Positions 1 through 8,072 of a stretch of DNA of 64,000 nucleotides are shown piece by piece (the stretch's first letter is position 1; each line of letters opens with the position of its first letter). The position numbers were made by a program, and so were the translations under genes. The notes below the pieces were generated by a model. That model had not been told where the DNA came from and did no database searches. It saw only the letters and a program-made list of their open reading frames with translations. Source of the stretch: Rhodospirillales bacterium (GTDB lineage Bacteria; Pseudomonadota; Alphaproteobacteria; SMXQ01); contig JABIXC010000007.1 in the NCBI GenBank assembly GCA_018666775.1, positions 190,015 to 254,014 of the forward strand, given 5' to 3'.

Positions 1-1
1 A

Positions 2-316
2 GCCACCATTGCGGTGAACTTCACGACTTACTGTTGAAGCTGATCGACCGAGCGCCAAGGCCATTGATCGGATGGACTGCTCGCCCACGATCCCGCGCGA
101 TATCTCTTCACGCTCCGACAGCGTTAACGCCAACCTTGAGCGTTTTCGAACAGGAGGGCGAATACCGCCTGTACGAGATAGCAACGGATAAATCGATGAT
201 GAATCCCGGTCAAAACTGCGGCCAATGGAACTCATCGGCTCGCCACGCTGCCAGCGATCCCATATCTCTGACTTCTGCTTACTCGTAAAATAAATCCGAC
301 TTCTTCTTTGAACCAT
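2..316 (-). CDS. IS30-family transposase, N-terminal part (runs off window; absent from ORF track)
   Basis: Manual translation from ATG at 316: MVQRRSRIYFTSKQKSEIWDRWQRGEPMSSIGRSFDRDSSSIYPLLSRTGGIRPPVRKRSRLALTLSEREEISRGIVGEQSIRSMALALGRSASTVSREVHRNGG; LTLSEREEI...LGRSASTVSRE..RN is the IS30 HTH signature. Confidence 0.92.
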   Translation of the reverse strand, partial: MVQRRSRIYFTSKQKSEIWDRWQRGEPMSSIGRSFDRDSSSIYPLLSRTGGIRPPVRKRSRLALTLSEREEISRGIVGEQSIRSMALALGRSASTVSREVHRNGG

Positions 317-350
317 ATCTACACACTCCATCTTTGCGTTTAAGATAAAG

Positions 351-377
351 TGTTGCGTTGACCGGTTGAGGTCACCG
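351..377 (-). repeat. Probable terminal inverted repeat (IRL) of the IS30-family element
   Basis: 27 bp directly upstream of the transposase promoter/RBS; partner IR lies outside the window so the boundary is approximate. Confidence 0.6.
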
Positions 378-460
378 TCATAAGCGGACGTAAGAAGTCC
401 CCGGATATGATCATGAGAATAATGGCGACCAGAGCGGGAAGGTGACATGCTGGAAAAGAT

Positions 461-537
461 TGGCTGGGGCGGCAGGATTCGAACCTGCGAGTGCCGAGAT
501 CAAAACCCGGTGCCTTAGACCACTTGGCTACGCCCCA
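461..537 (-). tRNA. tRNA-Gln (anticodon UUG)
   Basis: TGGGGCGTAGCCAAGTGGTCTAAGGCACCGGGTTTTGATCTCGGCACTCGCAGGTTCGAATCCTGCCGCCCCAGCCA: cloverleaf, U1-A72, G73 discriminator, TTCGAA T-loop, encoded CCA, anticodon loop TT-TTG-AT. Confidence 0.95.
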
Positions 538-675
538 ATCTGTCCCACCAACCGTGTCTTATAACCCAATGGGTCATTCGTCTGGCAGGGACGGGCCGCA
601 CATTACGCCCAATGGGTGAACCTGCGCAACACTGGTTTGGCCTAAAACAGGGGGGACTTAACAAAATGTCTAAAA

Positions 676-879
676 ATGCTCTATCGTGGGGCCATGGACG
701 ATCATAAATCAAAATGGATCATTGAGGGGATTTCCCCCCAAGCGATGGAAAAGGCAATTCTGGCAGCGGCCGGAGCTGGCCTTTCCCTGGCCGATTGGCT
801 TGACCACCTCATCACTGAGGTCGCCGCCAAAGAAAAAGAAGATCGTCGGAAAAACCAAAAAGATAAAGAAGCAGATTAA
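676..879 (+). CDS. Small protein made of a PodJ-N-terminus-like motif plus a charged tail (start may be ATG 694)
   Basis: KWIIEGISPQAMEKAILAAAGAGLSLADWLDHLI aligns by eye with the N-termini of the next two ORFs; basic/acidic tail KEKEDRRKNQKDKEAD. Confidence 0.7.
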   Translation: MLYRGAMDDHKSKWIIEGISPQAMEKAILAAAGAGLSLADWLDHLITEVAAKEKEDRRKNQKDKEAD

Positions 880-894
880 TACGCAAGTGATTTA

Positions 895-926
895 ACCCCA
901 CCTGCATATCACCCCACCTGCATATC
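895..926. repeat. Perfect tandem duplication of ACCCCACCTGCATATC (2 x 16 bp)
   Basis: 895-910 identical to 911-926, intergenic. Confidence 0.95.
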
Positions 927-1176
927 AATGCGTATGGCCCTCATTTAATAGCCCTACAATTGATCTTGAAAAACCGAGTTTTTCACAAAAAAACAAGCCC
1001 CTAGAATACCGGGAACTACTATTTTTCATAGAGTAGCACCCGGGCATACTGGCATCGATAAGCTCAAAGTGTCTTATATTTACTCACTTTTTTCTGGACA
1101 TTTATCGCAAAAACCTATTCCTGTAAATTTAGCCATACCGTCGTAGTGCCAATATGAACAGACAAAGTAGCGCTAA

Positions 1177-1758
1177 ATGAAGCCAACATCGCCCTGGAGC
1201 GTCAAAGGAGTCGAGCCTGAAGCCCGCGAAGCAGCAAAACTGTCTGCGCGTAGGGCTGATATGTCCCTTGGCCAATGGTTAAGCCATACCATCCGTATGG
1301 CGGCGAAAGAACAGCTGAAATCTGGCGGTATTGCTGGGGATAGCACCAATGCTACTCAGGGCGCTGAGGCAGGGAATACCGCCACCGCCAATGCAAATGG
1401 GGCGGCCGGTAGTGCAGGAAATGGTGCACCCACGGGAAATGGACCTACCGAGACGTCTGGCCCCCCCGCACCGACCACCGCAGCCGTGCTTGAAAGCATT
1501 AACCGTCTGGCCCAAAAAATCGAAGAAACCGAAACCCGTACTACCAGCACCATTGCCCCGATTGTGGAAAAGGTGAAAAACCTTTCCGAACAAATCGAAG
1601 GACTCTCCAAGAGCCAATCGGATGATACCGCCCCGCTGGAACGTGCCCTGTCACGGGTGGCAGAGCGCCTCGACCATTTGGAAACCCCCCCGGACCAACC
1701 CCGTGGTTCCGAGCGGCGGGGCAGCAAAGACGGATTTTTCTCGAAATTTTTCTCTTAG
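1177..1758 (+). CDS. Cytoplasmic PodJ-N-terminus-like coiled-coil protein with C-terminal amphipathic helix
   Basis: N-term PWSVKGVEPEAREAAKLSARRADMSLGQWL closely resembles the PodJ N-terminus; G/A/N/T-rich linker; heptad coiled coil; ends KDGFFSKFFS; no TM. Confidence 0.85.
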   Translation: MKPTSPWSVKGVEPEAREAAKLSARRADMSLGQWLSHTIRMAAKEQLKSGGIAGDSTNATQGAEAGNTATANANGAAGSAGNGAPTGNGPTETSGPPAPTTAAVLESINRLAQKIEETETRTTSTIAPIVEKVKNLSEQIEGLSKSQSDDTAPLERALSRVAERLDHLETPPDQPRGSERRGSKDGFFSKFFS

Positions 1759-1812
1759 TAGCCGAAGCTTAAGCAACGCCAAACCAAACCATTAAAGGGA
1801 CCGGAGCAAAAC

Positions 1813-3432
1813 ATGCCCTGGACCATTGACAAGATCGGAATGAAAGCCCGGGTGCGGGCCATGGCTGCAGCCAAGTCTGCGGGCCTTGATCTTGGACCTT
1901 GGCTTGACCGTGCCATCCTAGACAGCCCTGAAACAGGCCCCCGTGACCAAGAAAGCCCACAATGGGGCGAATCTCCTATTCATGACGCCCTAACAGCCCT
2001 GGAAGAGCGTATCGATTCCAGCCACTCTCGTTTGGCCCAACTTATCGATCCGATAGATGATGCCCTGCACGAAATGGACACCCAGGTGCCAAAATTATTG
2101 GATCAGGGCCAAAATGCCGGAAATGCAGCAAACGCTGATTTGCAGGAAGGCCCCCCTCATGCATCCCCGGGCACCAATGATCCGCATTTAGCCACAGAAT
2201 CCAGTAGCGATAGTAGTGCTGGTAGTGCCAGTAGTGCCAACCATGCCAATGATGACGACAATGATGATGATAAACCGAATATATACCCCCCCGTTATTGA
2301 CACCTCCCCGGATATCAGCGATCAGGATATCCCCAGAGATTTTAGTAGTGCTGATGAAGCGGAACACAGCCAACAGAGCGATCCAGCTTCTGAATGGCAC
2401 CCCCCCGCCCGTCCCGGCCAAGGCGTGCCCCGTATTTTTATAGGCATTGGCGCCGTCACCCTGATGATCGGCGCCTTGGGGCTGCTGGGCTGGTTATGGG
2501 CCACCCCACCCACACCAGAAAAATGGACCGCGACAAAATTAAACAAAAGGGTGCAGGTGCCGCCAAGTCTTGATCAGACCCCCCCCAAAATAGCCCAGAT
2601 CAAAAAGGGTGCGTCCAATAGCCCCGCGATAGAAAAGACCCCTCCTGCTGATATCTCCATCCAGGCATTACGCTCCATGGCTGAAAAGGGCGTTCCGTCC
2701 CATCAATATGCCCTTGGGATGGCCTTGATTGAGGGCAAAGGCACAGGCAAGAATTTAAAAGGAGCCATCCAATGGATCGAAGCCGCCGCTGTCCGAGGCT
2801 ATACCCGGGCGCAGCATCGCCTTGGCCTTCTGCATGCCAAAGGCACCGGGGTTGCCCTCAACCCGGTTCAGGCCTTTTTCTGGCACCAATCTGCTGCCGA
2901 TCAGGGGTTTGCCGATTCCCAATACCGCCTTGGCCTTTTATATGCCAATGGTGAGGGGGTCGTAAAAAGCCATGTGTTGGCCCGCCAATGGTTTCAAAAG
3001 GCGGCTGGCAAAGGACATGCAGATGCCATGTTTAATCTGGGCCGCAGTTATGCGCTGGGACAGGACACACCCAAAGACCCGCAAAAGGCACGCACCTGGT
3101 ATGCCAAAGCCAAACAGGCCGGTTCAAAACTAGTGCCTTCTGCCCCCGCAACAGGGGGCACATTGGCTGGCACATCCCCAAGCACTACTTCTGGCATTTT
3201 GGTAGTTCCTAAAGCCACAGGGAAAATCGGGGTAAAAGAAATTCGCGAAATCCAACGGCTTTTGGCATCCCTGAGTTTCAATCCCGGTAGTGCCGATGGT
3301 CAGGCCGGGGCACGAACCATAGAGGCCATTCGGCTCTATCAGGGGTTCGCTGGCTTGGCCGTTGATGGCCAACCCTCAATCGCTCTATTGCAGCATATAC
3401 GGGAAATTACGGGCAGTTTGAAAGCACCCTGA
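1813..3432 (+). CDS. PodJ-like polarity factor: N-terminal motif, short coiled coil, acidic linker, TM helix, 4 SEL1 repeats, C-terminal peptidoglycan-binding domain
   Basis: TM IFIGIGAVTLMIGALGLLGWLW; SEL1 repeats (e.g. GFADSQYRLGLLYANGEGV...ARQWFQKAA); PG-binding IREIQRLLASLSFNPGSADGQAGARTIEAIRLYQ...GLAVDG; GGAG SD. Confidence 0.85.
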   Translation: MPWTIDKIGMKARVRAMAAAKSAGLDLGPWLDRAILDSPETGPRDQESPQWGESPIHDALTALEERIDSSHSRLAQLIDPIDDALHEMDTQVPKLLDQGQNAGNAANADLQEGPPHASPGTNDPHLATESSSDSSAGSASSANHANDDDNDDDKPNIYPPVIDTSPDISDQDIPRDFSSADEAEHSQQSDPASEWHPPARPGQGVPRIFIGIGAVTLMIGALGLLGWLWATPPTPEKWTATKLNKRVQVPPSLDQTPPKIAQIKKGASNSPAIEKTPPADISIQALRSMAEKGVPSHQYALGMALIEGKGTGKNLKGAIQWIEAAAVRGYTRAQHRLGLLHAKGTGVALNPVQAFFWHQSAADQGFADSQYRLGLLYANGEGVVKSHVLARQWFQKAAGKGHADAMFNLGRSYALGQDTPKDPQKARTWYAKAKQAGSKLVPSAPATGGTLAGTSPSTTSGILVVPKATGKIGVKEIREIQRLLASLSFNPGSADGQAGARTIEAIRLYQGFAGLAVDGQPSIALLQHIREITGSLKAP

Positions 3433-3529
3433 ACCACACCCCGGGCCAGCCATCTTCGACAATTTTTAAAGAGAACTACTTTAGACACTACTTAGGCATA
3501 CTGCGGACTACCCGGTATGACTTATCCAT

Positions 3530-4456
3530 CTAAACCTCAGCATTTCTGCGACTATCAGACAGCTCCCCTGACCATACCCACCACCCGGCATTAGCACTAC
3601 TTAGCTCAATTTCACGGGCTGCTTTTTGCGCTTTTGCGCCATTTTCATAGAGGCCAAAGCAGGTTGCGCCACTGCCCGCCATGCGGGCCACAAGACAATC
3701 GCTGCTTTCTGAAAGAGCCAATAATCCATCCCCGATCGTTGGGGCAAAGGTGCACGCCGCCGATGTCAGATCATTGCCGCATCCATCGATCAAACCCGCC
3801 AGTTCACCCACCGTTGCAGGGCCATCGCCAAAATGTGATGGGACGAATTGGGAGGCCATACTTTCAGAAAAAGAACCGGCCCTTTGGGGGGCATCATCAT
3901 AGGCCTTGAACACGGCACGGGTCTCAACACCTACGCCGGGATTAACAAGCACCAGACCAGCACAGGGCAGATGGGGGAAATTTATCAGATCTTCGCCAAT
4001 GCCGGCCATGAAGGCAGGGGTAGAGCGGATCGATACCGGAACATCAGCCCCGAGAGCCAGGCCAATTTCCGCCAACGGTGCATCGGGGCGATCCCACGCT
4101 TTTGAAAGGGCGACCAGAACCGCTGCGGCATCTGCCGATCCACCGCCAAGGCCAGCGGCGACAGGAATGTTCTTGGTCAACCGGATATGGGCTTTTTTGC
4201 CCCGCCCATCCCAATCAGAAAAAGCGCGGGCTGCGGCAACAGCCAGATTGTTGGTATCATTTGGGGGTAACAGGCTTGAATATGGCCCATCAAGTTCAAG
4301 GCCGAAATGTTCACTGTCACTGACTTCCACGATGTCTGAAAGACTGGCAAAGGCACAGAGCGATTCCAGAAGGTGATAGCCATCCCCGCGCCTGCCAACA
4401 ATATGGAGAAAAAGGTTGAGCTTGGCCGGGGCTGTGACGCGCTCGGGAATGTTCAG
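3530..4456 (-). CDS. ispE: 4-diphosphocytidyl-2-C-methyl-D-erythritol kinase; real N-terminus extends ~40 codons upstream of the ORF-track start
   Basis: GHMP motif KNIPVAAGLGGGSADAAA, LGADVP, MAGSGATCF; conserved APAKLNLFLHIVGRRGDGYHLLES lies in frame upstream of 4330. Confidence 0.92.
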   Translation of the reverse strand: MNIPERVTAPAKLNLFLHIVGRRGDGYHLLESLCAFASLSDIVEVSDSEHFGLELDGPYSSLLPPNDTNNLAVAAARAFSDWDGRGKKAHIRLTKNIPVAAGLGGGSADAAAVLVALSKAWDRPDAPLAEIGLALGADVPVSIRSTPAFMAGIGEDLINFPHLPCAGLVLVNPGVGVETRAVFKAYDDAPQRAGSFSESMASQFVPSHFGDGPATVGELAGLIDGCGNDLTSAACTFAPTIGDGLLALSESSDCLVARMAGSGATCFGLYENGAKAQKAAREIELSSANAGWWVWSGELSDSRRNAEV

Positions 4457-6279
4457 CCTCCCCGTGGTGCGGACGCACCCTTACCAATATCCGGTGCGCC
4501 CTGCGCACCTGAGCCTATTGAGCGGGAGGCCTTCCGCTTTTCTTCGGTTGCCCCAAGGCCATTGTCCAGTTTCTTCTTAATTTTCAGCACCTGATCGGGT
4601 TCAGGTCCAAAATTAAGGGCGCGGCGCCATTGGAACCGTGCTTCGACCCTGCGTCCGACGCGCCAATAGGCGTCTCCCAGGTGATCATTAATGGCTGCAT
4701 CGTCTGAACTCAGCATCACGGCACGTTCCAGATACGTCACCGCCTTGGAAAAAGTCCCGAGCTGGTAATGGGCCCAGCCGAGCGAATCAATAATAAAGCC
4801 ATCCCGGGGCCGGGCCTTGACGGCCTTTTCAATCATGCCCAGCGCCTTATCGAGGTGCATCTTTTTTTCCACCCAGGAATATCCCAAATAATTCAGAACA
4901 AACGGCTGATCGGGTGACATTTTAAGGGCCGTCAGAAAATCCTTTTCCGCACGCATCCATTGCTTCGAGCGCTCATGTGCAATCCCCCTGGAATAATACA
5001 GGGTCCATTTTGGGTGCTTGCCCGGGCCAATTCGAACAAGCACCTTGTCATAATCCTTGATGGCCTCGACATAGCGTTTCTTGAAACGCAATAAATCGCC
5101 TCTGGCAATAAGCGCATCGGTCCGGTCATTTTTTTCATTCACCATTGCCGTCAACCGCTTGATGGCTTCATCGGTCTTTCCCATGCGATCGAAAACCAAC
5201 GCGGCCCGAAGCGACGCACGCCATGCCAGCGGGTGTTTCACATCCACGCCATCATATGTTTTGACCGCATCCCCATAACGATCAACGGTCTCAAAAATAT
5301 CCCCCAACAGAATCTGGGCGACGGCAAATTGGGGACGAAGATGCAATGCCATGCGCGTCAACATCACCGCAATCTCCTGAATGCGATCCTGGTTCAACAA
5401 CATGGCCAGATTCCAAAGCGCCTCAGCAACCCCGTCACCCGCGCCAGTTATCATCTGCGCCGGTTTTTCGCCCTTTTTCAGGCGCGCAAGGGCTTGTTCC
5501 ATAAGCCGCGAGCCCGGTTCACCAACAAGGGCCGCCCGATAAATTTTTTCGGCACGCTCACTGTCACCCTGGCGTTCAAAAAAAGCGCCCGCCAAAAGAA
5601 CAAACCGTTGGTGTTCCTTGCCTGTGGCTAGTTTCTCAAAAAATGGCGCTGCGCGTTTTGGTTCGCCAACAAGGTCCAGAATCAGGGCCGAATGAAGAGT
5701 GTGAATAACCCCAAGTCCCTGTCGTTTGCCCAATGGCGCCAGCGTTTTTATGGCCGCCTTACCATCGCCTTCACCAGCCTGAACCCAGGCCAAAACCAAT
5801 GGAACAAAATAACTGCCAAGGCCACGGTTCGGAATGACCTTCAATTTCAATCTGGCATCGGACAACTTCTTGTTGCGAACATCGTCAACCGCCAGCAACA
5901 AAGACGCCATGACGTTTTTAGGCTGAAGCTTCAGATAGCGCCGGGCCAAGGGCACTGCTTTTTCCATGTGCCCGGCGGAAATCATTTGATGCAGGGTTTG
6001 GCGCAACAATCCCGGATCATTAGGCAAATACCGAAGCGTGCGGGACAGCAACCGTGACGCCAACGCCGCGTCAAAATGGCTTTCCGCAAACCGGCCCGCC
6101 AAAAAATCGCCATAAGGGGTGGAATGAATGCCCGGATACCAGAGCGCATCATCGTTGCTGGCAGCAACCGCTTTAGCGCTGCCTGCAACCACGCCCAAAC
6201 AAGCGATCATCACGGCTGTTGCCGACACAGCCCGAATTTTTGGCACCAATGCTGTCTTTATTCCTGTCTTCATTCCCAA
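4453..6279 (-). CDS. Exported tetratricopeptide-repeat protein (type commonly found upstream of ispE)
   Basis: Signal peptide; multiple TPRs; LNYLGYSWVE...IIDSLGWAHYQLG...INDHLGDAYWRVGR motif. Confidence 0.88.
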   Translation of the reverse strand: MGMKTGIKTALVPKIRAVSATAVMIACLGVVAGSAKAVAASNDDALWYPGIHSTPYGDFLAGRFAESHFDAALASRLLSRTLRYLPNDPGLLRQTLHQMISAGHMEKAVPLARRYLKLQPKNVMASLLLAVDDVRNKKLSDARLKLKVIPNRGLGSYFVPLVLAWVQAGEGDGKAAIKTLAPLGKRQGLGVIHTLHSALILDLVGEPKRAAPFFEKLATGKEHQRFVLLAGAFFERQGDSERAEKIYRAALVGEPGSRLMEQALARLKKGEKPAQMITGAGDGVAEALWNLAMLLNQDRIQEIAVMLTRMALHLRPQFAVAQILLGDIFETVDRYGDAVKTYDGVDVKHPLAWRASLRAALVFDRMGKTDEAIKRLTAMVNEKNDRTDALIARGDLLRFKKRYVEAIKDYDKVLVRIGPGKHPKWTLYYSRGIAHERSKQWMRAEKDFLTALKMSPDQPFVLNYLGYSWVEKKMHLDKALGMIEKAVKARPRDGFIIDSLGWAHYQLGTFSKAVTYLERAVMLSSDDAAINDHLGDAYWRVGRRVEARFQWRRALNFGPEPDQVLKIKKKLDNGLGATEEKRKASRSIGSGAQGAPDIGKGASAPRGG

Positions 6280-6349
6280 AATACTCGCGTTTTAGCGTTT
6301 TCAGAGTAGCTTAAACTATAACACGGAAATCTATCCCTATATCAGCCAT

Positions 6350-7984
6350 CTACATATTGGGATAATTGGGCCCACCGCCGCCTTCAGGCGCCACCCAGGT
6401 GATGTTTTGGGTTGGATCCTTTATATCGCAGGTTTTGCAATGGATGCAGTTTTGGGCATTAATTTGCAACCGGGGCCCATCTTCTCCATCACTTTGAATG
6501 ATTTCATAAACCCCCGCCGGACAATACAGGGTTTCCGGTGACCCATATGTGGCATGGTTGATGGCAATGGCCCGATCGGGCTCGGCCAAATGCAGATGGG
6601 CCGGCTGGTTTTCTTCATGAAAGGTGTTGGAGATAAAAACCGAGCTCAACCGGTCAAAGGTCAATTTGCCATCGGGCTTGGGATACACAATGGGCGTGCA
6701 TGCATCAATGGGCCGCAGGCTTTCGTGGTCGGGCTTGTGATGCAGGGTCCAGGGTGCGCGCCCCCTAAAGATATAAGCATCCAGTGCGCCATTGATCAGC
6801 CCGCCCAACAGACCAAAGCGAAACCCCGGACGCAGATTGCGCGCAGCGTGCAGGTCTTTCATGACCCAGCTTTCGTCAAGACGTTCCCGGTACGTCACCG
6901 CCTCAAGAATTTGTTCATCTGTGGCCAGCACATCAAACACGCTTTCGGCAGCCGTCATACCTGATTTCATGGCTGTGTGGATGCCCTTGATACGCGATAC
7001 ATCCAAAAATCCGGCGCCACACCCAATCAAGGCACCGCCTGGAAATGTCAGCCGCCCAATGGCCTGATGGCCCCCTTCATTCAGCGCCCGGGCGCCATAA
7101 GAAACCCGCCTGCCACCTTCGAAAACATCCCTGATACCCGGATGGGTCTTGAACCGCTGGAATTCCTCAAAGGGGCTGAGATGCGGGTTTTCATAATCCA
7201 ACCCCACCACAAACCCAACGGCCACCTGGTTATTTTCAAGGTGATACAGGAAAGACCCGCCGTAGGTTTTCTGATCCAAAGGCCAGCCAACGGTGTGTAA
7301 CACCGTGCCGGGCCGATGCCGGGATGGGTCCACTTCCCACAATTCCTTGATCCCCAAGCCATAGGTCTGGGGATCGGCATCGTTTGATAAATCAAACCGG
7401 GCAGATAAAACTTTGGTCAACGATCCACGGCAGCCTTCTCCAAACAAGGTCTGGCGACCGCGCAATTCAACCCCGGCCTGATGGTTGGCTGTGGGCTGGC
7501 CATCACGCCCAATCCCCATGTCACCAGTGGCAACCCCTGCCACGGACCCGGCATCATCAAACAGAATTTCAGACGCTGCAAAGCCCGGATAAATTTCCAC
7601 CCCCAAGGCTTCGGCCTCTGCCGCCAGCCACCGACACAAGCTGCCAAGGCTGATGATGTAATTGCCATGATTGTGCATCGAAGGTGGCGTCGGCAGGGGA
7701 ATGGCGTGGCGTTTGGTCAACAGCGTAAAACGATCCCGGGTGACCGGGGTGTTCAAGGGCGCGCCTTTTTCCTTCCAGTCTGGAATCAGTTCATCCAGCG
7801 CCCGGGGATCAAGCACGGCACCCGACATTGAATGGGCACCCACTTCTGATCCTTTTTCGATAACGCAAACCGAAAGTTCAGACTGTTTTAATGCAGCCAT
7901 TTGCTTGAGCCGAATGGCGGCGGCCAAACCCGAAGGACCGGCGCCGACAATCACGACGTCGAAGGCCATTGATTCTCTTTCCAT
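6350..7984 (-). CDS. Electron transfer flavoprotein-ubiquinone oxidoreductase
   Basis: FAD motif DVVIVGAGPSGLAAA, KGIHTAMKSG, C-terminal 4Fe-4S YCPAGVYE...NCIHCKTCDIKDP. Confidence 0.96.
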   Translation of the reverse strand: MERESMAFDVVIVGAGPSGLAAAIRLKQMAALKQSELSVCVIEKGSEVGAHSMSGAVLDPRALDELIPDWKEKGAPLNTPVTRDRFTLLTKRHAIPLPTPPSMHNHGNYIISLGSLCRWLAAEAEALGVEIYPGFAASEILFDDAGSVAGVATGDMGIGRDGQPTANHQAGVELRGRQTLFGEGCRGSLTKVLSARFDLSNDADPQTYGLGIKELWEVDPSRHRPGTVLHTVGWPLDQKTYGGSFLYHLENNQVAVGFVVGLDYENPHLSPFEEFQRFKTHPGIRDVFEGGRRVSYGARALNEGGHQAIGRLTFPGGALIGCGAGFLDVSRIKGIHTAMKSGMTAAESVFDVLATDEQILEAVTYRERLDESWVMKDLHAARNLRPGFRFGLLGGLINGALDAYIFRGRAPWTLHHKPDHESLRPIDACTPIVYPKPDGKLTFDRLSSVFISNTFHEENQPAHLHLAEPDRAIAINHATYGSPETLYCPAGVYEIIQSDGEDGPRLQINAQNCIHCKTCDIKDPTQNITWVAPEGGGGPNYPNM

Positions 7985-8072
7985 GGACCTAGTTTAAAAC
8001 GGCTTTGAGAAAGGCTCTAGGGTTAATGTAAAAACCAGCCCATGATTTTTATCCCCATGCTAAATTGGGGGA

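Larger units (their letters stand above)
1..377 (-). mobile_element. IS30-family insertion sequence, left end (continues beyond window start)
   Basis: Minus strand reads CGGTGACCTCAACCGGTCAACGCAACA (377..351), resembling IS30-family terminal IRs, followed by a GGAG SD and an IS30-type transposase ORF. Confidence 0.85.

Noticed and set aside
34-288. 84-aa plus-strand ORF in the ORF track
   Set aside because: Antisense shadow of the IS30 transposase on the minus strand.
658-672. Possible CtrA box TTAA-N7-TCTA upstream of ORF676
   Set aside because: Two mismatches in the second half-site within AT-rich DNA; not distinguishable from chance.
515-712. 65-aa minus-strand ORF
   Set aside because: Overlaps the tRNA and its promoter; no recognisable protein features.
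1753-1815. ORF1177 and ORF1813 are in the same frame with an open spacer, suggesting readthrough into a full-length PodJ
   Set aside because: Two tandem stops (TAG TAG), and ORF1813 has its own GGAG SD and its own copy of the N-terminal motif, so separate genes are more likely.
2286-2586. C7-C8 homopolymer runs in the PodJ-like gene (also a C8 in ubiD near 57141)
   Set aside because: They encode Pro-rich linkers with the frame intact; no evidence of phase variation.
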